Of a DNA stretch of 64,000 nucleotides, positions 29,516 to 39,236 are shown in pieces. The notes under the pieces were generated by a model. It was not told the DNA's origin and did no database searches. It was given only the letters and a program-made list of their open reading frames with translations. A program made the position numbers and the translations under genes. The stretch lies in NCBI GenBank assembly GCA_036825195.1, contig DAISYQ010000012.1, positions 1,241 through 65,240 of the forward strand, in the 5' to 3' direction. Each line of letters begins with the position of its first letter. Position 1 is the first letter of the stretch. This DNA comes from Syntrophales bacterium. GTDB lineage: Bacteria; Desulfobacterota; Syntrophia; Syntrophales; UBA2210.

Positions 29516-30709
29516 ATGAAGATCGGAAAGAAATTGGTTGCAGTCGCACTGACGGTTTTCTGTATATCGGTACTGGCCGTAGACGGTTCCGCCGGAGCTC
29601 CCGGCTTCGACGACAAGGAGATCAGGATTGCTCAGTGGGGGCCCCAGACGGGACCCGCGGCGCCGTGGGGTTCGGTGGCGCGCGGTTCCTCTGTGCTGTT
29701 CAACCTGGTGAACGAGGAGGGGGGTATCCACGGGAGAACGATCAAGTATTTTATCCGGGATGATCAGTACAACCCCGCCCTCTGCAAGGCGGCGGTCAAG
29801 GAACTGGTGGAACGCAAGGGGATCTTTGCCTTTATAGGTGGTGTGTCGGGTGCAAGCGGTATGGCTGTGAAAGACTATCTCGCGAAGAACAAGGTTATCT
29901 GGGTTGGCCCGGCCACATCGATCAACGAATACGTGTTCCCGACCCAGAAATACCTCTTTGCCGATTATCCGCTTTTTGAGGACGAGGCGAGCATTATCAC
30001 GAAATATCTCGTGGAGAAGATGGGATTCAAGAAGATCGGATTTTTCTACCAGAACGACTCATACGGCAAGAGCGGTCTGGCGGGCTGCAAACAGCGGCTG
30101 GATGCTCTGGGAATGAAGCTGGTTGAGGAGATCCCCGTCGAACCCGGCGAGAAGGATCTCGCGTCCCAGATGCTGAAGTTCAAGGACTCCGGTGCGGAGG
30201 CGGTGATCATGTGGGTCAATCCGACGACGGCCGTCATCGCGCTGAAGACCTGTGCCACCATCGGGTATAAGCCGCAATGGGTATCGTGCGATGCTCTTTC
30301 CGATTACCCGCTCATGTACAAGATATCGGGCGGTCTGTGGGAGGGGGTTATCACCGGTGCCTTCGCCCTGCCGCCCGACTCGACGAATCCCCTGATGGTC
30401 AAGTACCATGAGGCACAGAAGAGGATGGCCCCCGAAGAGCGATGGGGAACGTTCTATTTTGCAGGGATCCTCTTCGCCGAACCGCTTGTTGAGGCACTGA
30501 AGCAGGTTGGACCGAACCTGAGCACGGAGGCCTGCCTGAAGGCATTGAACTCTATTAAAGGATTTCAGGGAATAGGACCGCCGATCACCTGGAGTGAGGA
30601 TAGTCATCAGGGAACGGATTCCATCATGATTCAGCAGTGCGGATCGGGCGCGTCCTACATAACCCTGCAGGACTGGACATCAAACGACCTGGCAACGTGG
30701 AAGAAATAA
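29516..30709 (+). CDS. ABC transporter periplasmic substrate-binding protein (type I PBP, Liv family), paralog 1
   Basis: Signal peptide MKIGKKLVAVALTVFCISVLAV. Liv-type PBP length and motifs (IRIAQWGPQTGPAAPWG, FIGGVSGASGMAV). Confidence 0.88.
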   Translation: MKIGKKLVAVALTVFCISVLAVDGSAGAPGFDDKEIRIAQWGPQTGPAAPWGSVARGSSVLFNLVNEEGGIHGRTIKYFIRDDQYNPALCKAAVKELVERKGIFAFIGGVSGASGMAVKDYLAKNKVIWVGPATSINEYVFPTQKYLFADYPLFEDEASIITKYLVEKMGFKKIGFFYQNDSYGKSGLAGCKQRLDALGMKLVEEIPVEPGEKDLASQMLKFKDSGAEAVIMWVNPTTAVIALKTCATIGYKPQWVSCDALSDYPLMYKISGGLWEGVITGAFALPPDSTNPLMVKYHEAQKRMAPEERWGTFYFAGILFAEPLVEALKQVGPNLSTEACLKALNSIKGFQGIGPPITWSEDSHQGTDSIMIQQCGSGASYITLQDWTSNDLATWKK

Positions 30710-30736
30710 GTTCCACAAACTCAAGGAGGGAATATT

Positions 30737-31933
30737 ATGAAGATCAGAACAACATTGTTCGCGGCAGCGCTGGCGATTGTCTGTATCTTTGTACTGGCTG
30801 TTGACAACTTCGCCGGCAGCCCCGGTTTCGACGACAAGGAGATCCGGATAGCGCAGTGGGGACCCCAGACAGGTCCCGCTGCCCCATGGGGTTCGGTAGC
30901 ACGTGGCCCCTCGGTGCTGTTCAACCTGGTGAACGAAGAGGGAGGTATCCACGGGAGAACGATCAAGTATTTTATCCGGGATGATCAGTACAATCCCGCT
31001 CTCTGCAAAGCGGCGGTCAAAGAACTGGTCGAGCGCAAAGGGATCTTTGCCTTTGTGGGTGGTGTGTCGAGCGCGAGCGGTATGGCTGTGAAAGATTATC
31101 TCGCGAAGAACAAGGTTATCTGGGTGGGTCCGGCCACGTCGATTAATGAATACGTGTTCCCGACCCAGAAATACCTCTTTGCCGATTATCCGCTCTATCA
31201 GGACGAGGCGAGCATTATCACGAAATATCTTGTGGGGGAAATGGGGTTCAAGAAAATCGGATTTTTCTATCAGAACGACTCATACGGTAAGAACGGTCTG
31301 GCGGGCTGTAAGCAGCGGCTGGATGCCCTGGGAATGAAACTGGTGGAGGAGATCCCCGTTGAACCGGGTGAAAAGGACCTCGCGTCCCAGATGCTGAAGT
31401 TCAAGAACTCCGGTGCGGAAACAGTGATCATGTGGGTCAATCCGACGACGGCCGTCATCGCGCTGAAGACCTGTGCCACCATCGGGTATAAGCCGCAGTG
31501 GGTTTCTTCCAGTACGCTTTCCGATTATCCGCTCATGTACAAGATATCGGGCGGTCTGTGGGAGGGCGTTATCACCGGCGCGTTTGCCTTGCCGCCAGAT
31601 TCCACGAACCCTCTGATGGTGAAGTATCATGAGGCACAGAAAAGGATGGCCCCTGAAGAGCGATGGGGGACATTCTATTTTGGAGGCATCTTCTTTTCCG
31701 AGCCGATAGTTGAAGCCCTGAAACGAGCAGGGCCGGACCTGAGTACGGAAGCCTGCCTGAAGGCATTGAATTCCCTTGAGAATTTTCAGGGGATAGGACC
31801 GCCGATCACCTGGAGTGAAGATAGTCATCAGGGGACCGATTCCATCATGATTCAAAAGTGCGGACCGGGAGCTTCCTACATAACCATGCAGGACTGGACA
31901 TCCAACGACCTGGCGACATGGAAGAAGAAATAG
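30737..31933 (+). CDS. ABC transporter periplasmic substrate-binding protein, paralog 2
   Basis: 398-aa ORF. After the signal peptide I count 26 substitutions and no indels relative to paralog 1. Confidence 0.88.
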   Translation: MKIRTTLFAAALAIVCIFVLAVDNFAGSPGFDDKEIRIAQWGPQTGPAAPWGSVARGPSVLFNLVNEEGGIHGRTIKYFIRDDQYNPALCKAAVKELVERKGIFAFVGGVSSASGMAVKDYLAKNKVIWVGPATSINEYVFPTQKYLFADYPLYQDEASIITKYLVGEMGFKKIGFFYQNDSYGKNGLAGCKQRLDALGMKLVEEIPVEPGEKDLASQMLKFKNSGAETVIMWVNPTTAVIALKTCATIGYKPQWVSSSTLSDYPLMYKISGGLWEGVITGAFALPPDSTNPLMVKYHEAQKRMAPEERWGTFYFGGIFFSEPIVEALKRAGPDLSTEACLKALNSLENFQGIGPPITWSEDSHQGTDSIMIQKCGPGASYITMQDWTSNDLATWKKK

Positions 31934-32065
31934 AAGATTTCTGTGAAGAATACTGGAAAGGATCGGGCGCGGGTCTCCACTGGGTATTCCCAGAAGGATA
32001 TCCGGTGATCCACGCCTGAAAGAAATGGCAAGTACGACTTCCGAATGTGAGGGGTAATTCTGATA

Positions 32066-32842
32066 ATGTCTCTCTTCAAGGTTGAAAATCTCAGTATAAG
32101 TTTCGGTGGGTTGAAGGCAGTGGATGATGTGAGTTTCGAAGTAGAGCAAAACTCCATATTCTCCATCATCGGTCCCAACGGGTCGGGCAAGACCACCATC
32201 TTTAATCTGATCAGCGGCATCTATAAACCGGACTCAGGGAGAGTGCTCCTTGACGGTGAAAACCTGGTGGGATACCTGCCGGACAGGATCGCGAAGAAGG
32301 GGATAGCGCGCACCTTTCAGAACATAGAACTCTTCAAGAATGCGACCGTTATGGACAACCTGATGCTGGGGCGTCACATTCACATGAAGACGGGTATATG
32401 GAGCGGCGCCACGGCCACCCTGTTCGGCAAAAGATCGAGGGCGGCGAGGGAAGAGATACAAAACAGGGAATTTGTCGAAAAGATCGTTGACTTTCTTGAT
32501 CTCCAGTCCGTGAGGGATCAGTTCGTAGCCAACCTTGCCTACGGCAGGCGGAAGCTTGTGGAGCTGGGGAGGGCGCTTGCCCTGGAACCCACCATACTTC
32601 TCCTGGATGAACCCTCCGCCGGAATGAATACCGAAGAGAAGGAGGATCTGAACATCTGGATCAAGGACATACAGGAGGTATACAAGATTACCATTCTGCT
32701 GATCGAACACGACATGAATATGATCATGGGCATTTCCGACCGGATACTCGCGATCAATCAGGGGAAGAAGATCGTGGAGGGATTGCCCCAGGATGTGCAG
32801 CGTCACCCCGAAGTCATAGAGGCCTATCTCGGAGAGGAATGA
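32066..32842 (+). CDS. ABC transporter ATP-binding protein (LivG-like)
   Basis: Walker A GPNGSGKTT, signature PSAGMN region, and Walker B ILLLDEP. Confidence 0.9.
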   Translation: MSLFKVENLSISFGGLKAVDDVSFEVEQNSIFSIIGPNGSGKTTIFNLISGIYKPDSGRVLLDGENLVGYLPDRIAKKGIARTFQNIELFKNATVMDNLMLGRHIHMKTGIWSGATATLFGKRSRAAREEIQNREFVEKIVDFLDLQSVRDQFVANLAYGRRKLVELGRALALEPTILLLDEPSAGMNTEEKEDLNIWIKDIQEVYKITILLIEHDMNMIMGISDRILAINQGKKIVEGLPQDVQRHPEVIEAYLGEE

Positions 32843-33639
32843 TAATGCTGAAGATACAGAACATTGAGACATGGTACGATCTGATACGGGCCCTTCACGG
32901 TATATCCTTTGAGGTGAAAGAGGGCGATATCGTCACCCTCCTCGGTTCCAACGGTGCGGGAAAGACAACCACGCTCAAGAGCATCATGCAGATACTCGAA
33001 GACGACGATCAGCCCGAAAAGGGCTCCATAGAGTTTCTGGGGCAGAGGATCGACAAGAAGGATACCGAAGAGATCGTCCGGATGGGGATCAGCTATGTGC
33101 CGGAAGGGAGAGAGGTCTTTCCCGAACTGACCGTGATGGAGAACATCCGGATGGGTGCCTTTACGAGAAAAGACCGGGGAGAGATAAAGGCGGATATCGA
33201 AAATGTGTTCAGGCATTTCCCCATCCTCCGGGAGCGGCAGAAACAGCAGGCCGGGTACATGAGCGGCGGCGAGCAGCAGATGCTGGCCATCGCGAGGGCG
33301 CTGATGAGCCGCCCCAAGCTTCTGATGCTGGATGAACCCTCCCTGGGCCTGTCCCCGATTCTCACAAAGCAGATATTCAACATCATCCAGGACATCAACA
33401 AAGAGGGGGTAACCATTCTCCTTGTCGAACAGAACGTCAATATGGCCCTCAAGTACGCTGACTTCGCCTATCTGATGGAAAACGGCAGGATCGTACGTGC
33501 CGACAAGCCGGAAGTGCTGCTCGAAGATGAGGATGTCAAGAAGTTCTATCTGGGGATTGAAACCGAGGAGACAACGGCCGATGGGTACCGAAAGGCCAAA
33601 TCGTCCAAGCGATACAGACGGAAGGTCAGATTCCGCTGA
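32839..33639 (+). CDS. ABC transporter ATP-binding protein (LivF-like) with basic C-terminal tail
   Basis: Walker A GSNGAGKTT, signature MSGGEQQML, Walker B LLMLDEPS. An extra 27 residues follow the usual YLG end. Confidence 0.9.
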   Translation: MIMLKIQNIETWYDLIRALHGISFEVKEGDIVTLLGSNGAGKTTTLKSIMQILEDDDQPEKGSIEFLGQRIDKKDTEEIVRMGISYVPEGREVFPELTVMENIRMGAFTRKDRGEIKADIENVFRHFPILRERQKQQAGYMSGGEQQMLAIARALMSRPKLLMLDEPSLGLSPILTKQIFNIIQDINKEGVTILLVEQNVNMALKYADFAYLMENGRIVRADKPEVLLEDEDVKKFYLGIETEETTADGYRKAKSSKRYRRKVRFR

Positions 33640-33668
33640 AAAAGCACCACGTACCGGGAGCGAACACG

Positions 33669-35468
33669 ATGCAAGCAAACACCCTGCCTAAGGCCCTTAT
33701 CGATATAACCGGGAAACAGCCCGACCGGATCGCGTTACGGATGAAAGAATACGGCATCTGGCGTGACATTACCTGGAGGCAGTATCTGGAGAATGTGAGA
33801 CGCACGGCGCTGGGTCTGCACCATATCGGAGTGAAGAGGGGCGACCACGTCGCCATTATCGGTGAAAACAAGCCGGAGTGGCTCTATTCGGCCTTTGGCG
33901 TCATGTCTCTGGGCGCAACCTTCGTGGGGGTGTACACGACAAATCCCCCGAAGGAATGCGAATATGTGATCGACCATTCCGATTCGGTCGTATTCATCTG
34001 CGAGGACGAGGAGCAGATGAACAAGGCTTTTCTCTTCAGGATGAACACACCCAACCTAAAGAAGATCATCGTGTGGGACATGGAGGGCCTCAGAGACCTT
34101 GACGACCCCATGGTGATCAGCTTCGACGAGATTATGGAGATCGGCGGAAAAGCCGATGAGGAAAATCCCACACTCTTCGACCGTTTCGTGGGAGAAGGCA
34201 ACCCCCGGGACATAGCCGGGATCATCTACACGTCGGGAACGACAGGTCCCCCGAAAGGCGCCATGCTCAATCACGAGGGGTATCTGTGGGTGGGCGAGCA
34301 GGCCGCGAAGATAACGCAGGCCGGCCGGGAGGACGAATCCATATCGTTCCTTCCCCTCAACCATGTGTACGAGCAGATCTTTGACCTGATGATGCACATG
34401 ACCGTGGGGCATATCGTGAACTTTACGGAAAACACGGATACGGTGATGAACGATATGATGGATGTCTCACCCACCATATTTCACGCCGTACCCCGGATAT
34501 GGGAGAAATACTATTCCGCCATCGTGCTGAAAATGGCCGATGCCACCTGGTTCAAGAGAACGGCCTACGGGCAGGCGGTGCGGATCGGGTCGAAATACAA
34601 CGACCTGCGACTCGCCGGCAGGAAGATACCCCTGCCGTTATATGTCGGTTACCATCTGGCATACTTCTGTGTCTTTCGGAAGCTCAAGGAACGGCTGGGC
34701 TTTGACCGAACACGGCTGGGATTTTCCGGCGCCGCTCCCATATCGCATGACATCATCAAGTTCTTTCAGAGCATCGGCATACCGATCCGCGAGGGATACG
34801 GTATGACGGAGACAACGGGGGTCACCCATATGGGGAGCGAATTCGAGTTCAAGCTCGGCACGGTGGGAAAGGCCATCCCGGGGACCGAGGTACGGATCGG
34901 AGAAGGCGGAGAGATTATTGTCCGGCACAAGGGGATCTTTCAGGGGTACTACCGGGATGAAGAAAACACGAAAGAGGTCCTTGAAGACGGATGGATGCAT
35001 ACGGGAGACGTGGGGGAGATCGATGATGAGGGGTATCTCAGGATAACGGACCGGATGAAAGACCTGATCATCACGGCGGGAGGCAAGAACATCGCCCCTC
35101 AGTACATAGAAAACCAGCTGAAGTTCTCTCCCTATATCAACGACGCGATCGTCATCGGGGACAAGAGAAAGTACCTGACGGCCATCATCGTGATTGACGA
35201 GGAGAATGTCCTCAAGTTTGCACAGGATGCGAAGGTCCAGTTCACCACATTCGCGACGCTGACAAAGGCGCCCGAGGTAATCGATCTCATACAGCAGGAG
35301 ATCAACGAGGTGAACAGACAGATGGCCAGGGTGGAGAATATCAGAAAATTCAAGATCCTGGACAAGAAACTCTATACCGAAGACGGTGAAGTGACGCCCA
35401 CCATGAAGGTCAAGAGAAAGTCGATCAACGAACAGTTCGCCGACCTGATCGAATCGATGTACGAATAG
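33669..35468 (+). CDS. AMP-dependent long-chain acyl-CoA synthetase/ligase
   Basis: 599-aa ORF with AMP-binding motif YTSGTTGPPKGAML, then GYGMTET, DGWMHTGD and the C-terminal TPTMKVKR. Confidence 0.88.
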   Translation: MQANTLPKALIDITGKQPDRIALRMKEYGIWRDITWRQYLENVRRTALGLHHIGVKRGDHVAIIGENKPEWLYSAFGVMSLGATFVGVYTTNPPKECEYVIDHSDSVVFICEDEEQMNKAFLFRMNTPNLKKIIVWDMEGLRDLDDPMVISFDEIMEIGGKADEENPTLFDRFVGEGNPRDIAGIIYTSGTTGPPKGAMLNHEGYLWVGEQAAKITQAGREDESISFLPLNHVYEQIFDLMMHMTVGHIVNFTENTDTVMNDMMDVSPTIFHAVPRIWEKYYSAIVLKMADATWFKRTAYGQAVRIGSKYNDLRLAGRKIPLPLYVGYHLAYFCVFRKLKERLGFDRTRLGFSGAAPISHDIIKFFQSIGIPIREGYGMTETTGVTHMGSEFEFKLGTVGKAIPGTEVRIGEGGEIIVRHKGIFQGYYRDEENTKEVLEDGWMHTGDVGEIDDEGYLRITDRMKDLIITAGGKNIAPQYIENQLKFSPYINDAIVIGDKRKYLTAIIVIDEENVLKFAQDAKVQFTTFATLTKAPEVIDLIQQEINEVNRQMARVENIRKFKILDKKLYTEDGEVTPTMKVKRKSINEQFADLIESMYE

Positions 35469-35472
35469 ACGA

Positions 35473-36402
35473 TTACAGATCTTCGGGCGTGAAGGCCACC
35501 ACGTCGTCGATCGATTCGCTGTTCGTGAAGATCATCGCCAGCCGGTCCACACCCAGCGCTATCCCCGAGGCTTCGGGCATGGCGGAAAGTTCCGCTAAAA
35601 ACTTTTCCGGCATGGGGTACACCACATTGCCGGAAGCGCGTCGGTTTTCCTGCTCCTCTTCAAACCGCGCCCTCTGTTCGGCCGCGTCGGTCAGTTCCGA
35701 GAAGGCGTTGGCCAGTTCAAGACCGCCCATATACAGTTCAAACCGCTCCGCCACGTCAGGGTCCGTCTTCTTGACCCTCGCGAGCGCCCCGAGAGACACC
35801 GGATAATCGTACAGGAAGACCGGCCGTTGCAGTTCTTTGAACCGCGGTTCGATCTCTTCGACCATGATTTCGTCAAAGCGATTGCTTCTCAGCGCATCTT
35901 CCAGAGATACGGAGGCATAACGACTGAAGGCGTCCCGTACGGCGATTCTCTCCCACGGTGAACGGATGTCGATCTTCTCCCCGCGGTACTCGACGGCCCC
36001 CTCATGGCCGAGACTCCGTGCGATGTGGATGATAAGCTCTTCACACTCTTCCATCATGGTGCAGTAGCCGATGCCGCTCCGATACCATTCGAGGAGGGTA
36101 AATTCGGAGATATGGAGCGATCCCCGCTCTCCACTGCGAAAGCACCTGGCAATCTGGAATATGCGCGGGTATCCGGCGGCCAGCAGGCGCTTCATGCACA
36201 GTTCGGGTGATGTGTGAAGGTACCAGCCGTCGGAGGAGATGGCGTCGATGTTGCATTCCGGAGCGGGGGCGGGAATCCTGGAAGGTGTTTCCACTTCCAG
36301 ATACTCCCTGTCGGTAAAAAACTCGCGGATGATCCGGATCATCGCGGCACGGGTATGAAGATCGTTTTGTTTACGTGAAAGTTTCCAGTTTCTGTCAACC
36401 AT
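35473..36402 (-). CDS. epmA: elongation factor P--(R)-beta-lysine ligase
   Basis: 309-aa class II LysRS-like catalytic core lacking an anticodon domain. It is colinear by eye with E. coli EpmA (RAAMIRIIREFFTDREYLEVETP, FTLLEWY, ERFELYMGGLELANAFSELTD, GIALGVDRL). Confidence 0.9.
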   Translation of the reverse strand: MVDRNWKLSRKQNDLHTRAAMIRIIREFFTDREYLEVETPSRIPAPAPECNIDAISSDGWYLHTSPELCMKRLLAAGYPRIFQIARCFRSGERGSLHISEFTLLEWYRSGIGYCTMMEECEELIIHIARSLGHEGAVEYRGEKIDIRSPWERIAVRDAFSRYASVSLEDALRSNRFDEIMVEEIEPRFKELQRPVFLYDYPVSLGALARVKKTDPDVAERFELYMGGLELANAFSELTDAAEQRARFEEEQENRRASGNVVYPMPEKFLAELSAMPEASGIALGVDRLAMIFTNSESIDDVVAFTPEDL

Positions 36403-36445
36403 TATTTACAAAGCTCCAATCTTCCGGCTTGTTCGGTGGTAATTT
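36261..36445 (-). repeat. direct repeat copy 1 (intact epmA 5' end plus leader)
   Basis: Matches 39861-40075. About 127 of 143 positions are identical over 36261-36403 versus 39861-40003 (hand alignment). Weaker similarity continues into the leader. Confidence 0.85.
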
Positions 36446-36747
36446 ACTCAAAAGGTTGCCACCTCGGCAATAAAACTCACGCCACTACATGTGCAATGGG
36501 GTTTTGTCTTTAGTCAGGCCGTAATCCCATCCGGTTGTAACCGCTAAAGGCACATATAATCATTAGATAAAAAATATGTAGACGACTAGCCCTATTGCGA
36601 TATCTTGTCAAGAATAAGATTTACACGACAGAGATCGATTTGATTCTGAGGAGAACTTTACACTCCGGACGGCTGCTGTTCAGGCGGCTTCCATGCCCCG
36701 GCGACGCATGACTGCATAGGGATGCATGAAGGCAAAACCAATCCCCG

Positions 36748-36783
36748 GAATAAGAAAGAGGGTACCAACAGATTGATACCCTC
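36748..36783 (-). terminator. terminator downstream of cydB
   Basis: Minus strand has GAGGGTA and TACCCTC forming a 7-bp stem with a 12-nt loop, followed by TTTCTTATTC. It lies about 30 nt after the cydB stop. Confidence 0.55.
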
Positions 36784-36813
36784 CCTTCTCTCGTATTATA
36801 ATCGTTCCATGTT

Positions 36814-37842
36814 TTAATAAGCCTCCTCATATCCGAGCTCTTCCTTGGTCACTTTGTGCCTGAACAGGTTGTATGCCCAGATCTGATAGACAAGCACGAT
36901 GGGAACAAAGATAAGGGCCACTATCAGCATGATCTTCAAGGTCAAAGGGCTGGAAGAGGCATTATGAGCCGTCAGGCTGAATCCCGGATTCATGCTCGAC
37001 GGAAACATATTCGGGAACAGACCGATTATCCCGTAAAAAGTCGCCCCGACAATCGTGACGGCCGAAGACAGCCATGCCATCCAGTAGCTCTTCTTTGCGA
37101 GAAAGACCCTGATACCGAGAAGCGCCAGAACGGTAATAAGGATAAAGATGAAAAGCGCCGGGTGGGCGATATAGTTGTCATACAGGTTGGTGACGAACAA
37201 TGAAGCCGTCAAGAAGATCAACGCCGCAGCCAAGAGAAGGGGCCACAATTTCCTGGCCGCGCCAGCGGCCCTCTCATGAAGCTCTCCTTCGCTCTTGATT
37301 GCCAGCCATATGGCACCGTGGACCAGAAAGAAAAGCAGAAAGAGAACCCCGCCGAGAAGCCCGTACGGGTTGAGCAGGGTCAACAGGGTTCCGTGATAGA
37401 TTCCGTCGCCGTCGAAGGGAATTCCCCTGAAAATATTGGCGAACGCGGCTCCGAACAGGATGGCGGGAAGCAGACTGCCGACAAACATGCAGGCATCCCA
37501 TAGTTTATGCCAGCGAGGGTCCTCCACCTGGCTTCTGAATTCAAAAGACACCCCCCTGACGATCAGGGCGAACAGGATGAGCATCAATGCGGAATACAGA
37601 GAACTGAACATGACCGCATATACCGTTGGGAAGGCGGCAAACGTCACCCCTCCTGCGGTTATGAGCCAGACCTCGTTTCCATCCCACAGCGGCCCCATGG
37701 AATTGTACATAATTCTCTTGTCTTCATCTGTCTTTCCCAGAAACGGAAGGAGGCTTCCGATGCCGAAGTCGAAGCCGTCGGAGATAAAATAGATGGCCCA
37801 GAGAAGTCCCCAGAGAAAAAACCATACATTTTGTAATTCCAT
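36814..37842 (-). CDS. cydB: cytochrome bd ubiquinol oxidase subunit II
   Basis: 342-aa polytopic ORF with N-terminus VWFFLWGLLWAIYFISDGFDFGIG typical of CydB. It follows cydA. Confidence 0.93.
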   Translation of the reverse strand: MELQNVWFFLWGLLWAIYFISDGFDFGIGSLLPFLGKTDEDKRIMYNSMGPLWDGNEVWLITAGGVTFAAFPTVYAVMFSSLYSALMLILFALIVRGVSFEFRSQVEDPRWHKLWDACMFVGSLLPAILFGAAFANIFRGIPFDGDGIYHGTLLTLLNPYGLLGGVLFLLFFLVHGAIWLAIKSEGELHERAAGAARKLWPLLLAAALIFLTASLFVTNLYDNYIAHPALFIFILITVLALLGIRVFLAKKSYWMAWLSSAVTIVGATFYGIIGLFPNMFPSSMNPGFSLTAHNASSSPLTLKIMLIVALIFVPIVLVYQIWAYNLFRHKVTKEELGYEEAY

Positions 37843-37891
37843 ATTCTCCCCCTTTCTTGAAATCGAAGGATGTATATCTTGTTTTTATCTG

Positions 37892-39196
37892 TTACGCCGC
37901 GACGGGTCCCTTTTTCGCATTTTTTGCGATCAGGTAGAATCCGATAGCTCCGAGAAAACCATACACGACGATAAAAGCCCAGAAAGAGATAAAGACCTGT
38001 GCCGTGGCAACCGGCGAAGTGGCATCGGATGTCTTCATCAATCCGTAGACAATCCAGGGCTGGCGACCGACTTCAGCCAGAATCCATCCGGCCTGCGAAG
38101 CAATATAGGGCAGGGGAATGGAGTAGATCATCAGCTTCAAATACCGCGGGAATTCGGACAGGCGATCCCTGATCCTCCATCCGATAACCGTCATCACCAC
38201 GAAATATACTCCCAAAGCCACCATTATCCTGAAGGAAACCATGTTGATAAATACGGGAGGCCGCTCTTCCCTGGGGAAATCGCTGAGCCCTTTCACCTCG
38301 GCATTAAAACTGTGATTTGCCAGAAGGCTCATCATGCCGGGGATCGGGAGGAACTCGACAGAATTTCTTTCATTCTTTTCATCCGGTAATACGATGAGAT
38401 AGATCGGCGCATTTCCCCTGGTTTCCCAGTGGGACTCCATGGCGGCCAGTTTGGTGGGTTGCTTTTCGGCCAGATCGGCCCCGTGGAGATGGCCCTCCGC
38501 TATCTCGAATATGGAGAAAATCAACCCGAAGACAAGGGCTATGCGAAAAGACCGTGCAAAGAAATCAGAGTGTTGTTTTTTCAACAGATGGTAGGCGCTG
38601 ATCCCCATTACGAAAAAGGCACTCAGGACATAAGCGGCGCTGGCCGTATGCAGAAATTCCAGGATGGCCCACTTCTGAAACACAACGGCGGAAAAGCTTT
38701 CAAGCTCAGCCCGTCCGTTTCGGATAGTATAGCCCACCGGGTTCTGCATCCACGAGTTGGCGATCAGAATCCATATGGCCGAAACGGTCGAGGCCGCTGC
38801 AACGAGCCACATGATGGTGGCATGTGCCTTTCTAGACAGCTTTTTCCAGCCGAAAACCCAGACGCCGATGAAGGTTGATTCGAGGAAAAACGCCGCTGTT
38901 GCCTCAATGGCCAGCAAGGATCCGAAGATATCGCCGACAAAGGATGAATACCGTGACCAGTTGGTGCCGAACTGGAACTCGAGGGTGATCCCGGTGACAA
39001 CCCCAAGGACAAAGTTGATCAGAAACAACTTCCCCCAGAATTTGGTCATCTTCAAATAGACTTCATCCCCGGTTCGCACATACCTGGTTTCCATAATGGC
39101 CACCATGATGGACAATCCCAACGTAAGCGGGACAAACAGAAAATGAAACATCGTGGCAGCGGCAAACTGCAATCTCGATAGAAACAATACGTCCAT
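37892..39196 (-). CDS. cydA: cytochrome bd ubiquinol oxidase subunit I
   Basis: 434-aa ORF. MDVLFLSRLQFAAATMFHFLFVPLTLGL and GWILAEVGRQPW (Q-loop region) are typical of CydA. Confidence 0.93.
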   Translation of the reverse strand: MDVLFLSRLQFAAATMFHFLFVPLTLGLSIMVAIMETRYVRTGDEVYLKMTKFWGKLFLINFVLGVVTGITLEFQFGTNWSRYSSFVGDIFGSLLAIEATAAFFLESTFIGVWVFGWKKLSRKAHATIMWLVAAASTVSAIWILIANSWMQNPVGYTIRNGRAELESFSAVVFQKWAILEFLHTASAAYVLSAFFVMGISAYHLLKKQHSDFFARSFRIALVFGLIFSIFEIAEGHLHGADLAEKQPTKLAAMESHWETRGNAPIYLIVLPDEKNERNSVEFLPIPGMMSLLANHSFNAEVKGLSDFPREERPPVFINMVSFRIMVALGVYFVVMTVIGWRIRDRLSEFPRYLKLMIYSIPLPYIASQAGWILAEVGRQPWIVYGLMKTSDATSPVATAQVFISFWAFIVVYGFLGAIGFYLIAKNAKKGPVAA

Positions 39197-39236
39197 GGCC
39201 TTCCTCCTTACCTATGGATTTCGCAAAGCCGATAGG

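Larger units (their letters stand above)
29495..31933 (+). repeat. tandem gene duplication (unit about 1221 nt) of the substrate-binding protein gene
   Basis: ATG 29516 and ATG 30737 start two colinear genes. Their RBS regions are also similar (GGGGGAATAATATGAAGATC versus GGAGGGAATATTATGAAGATC). Confidence 0.95.

Noticed and set aside
30046-33678. Long minus-strand ORFs (182, 289, 212, 284 aa) opposite the binding-protein and ATPase genes
   Set aside because: They are antisense shadows of well-supported plus-strand genes. The duplicated 182/289-aa pair simply mirrors the tandem PBP duplication.
36621-36830. 69-aa ORF and a possible CydX-like small membrane peptide downstream of cydB
   Set aside because: The 69-aa ORF overlaps the cydB stop and the terminator hairpin. 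The hydrophobic peptide frame (..GTLFLIPGIGFAFMHPYAV..) has no ATG/GTG/TTG start before the hydrophobic segment.
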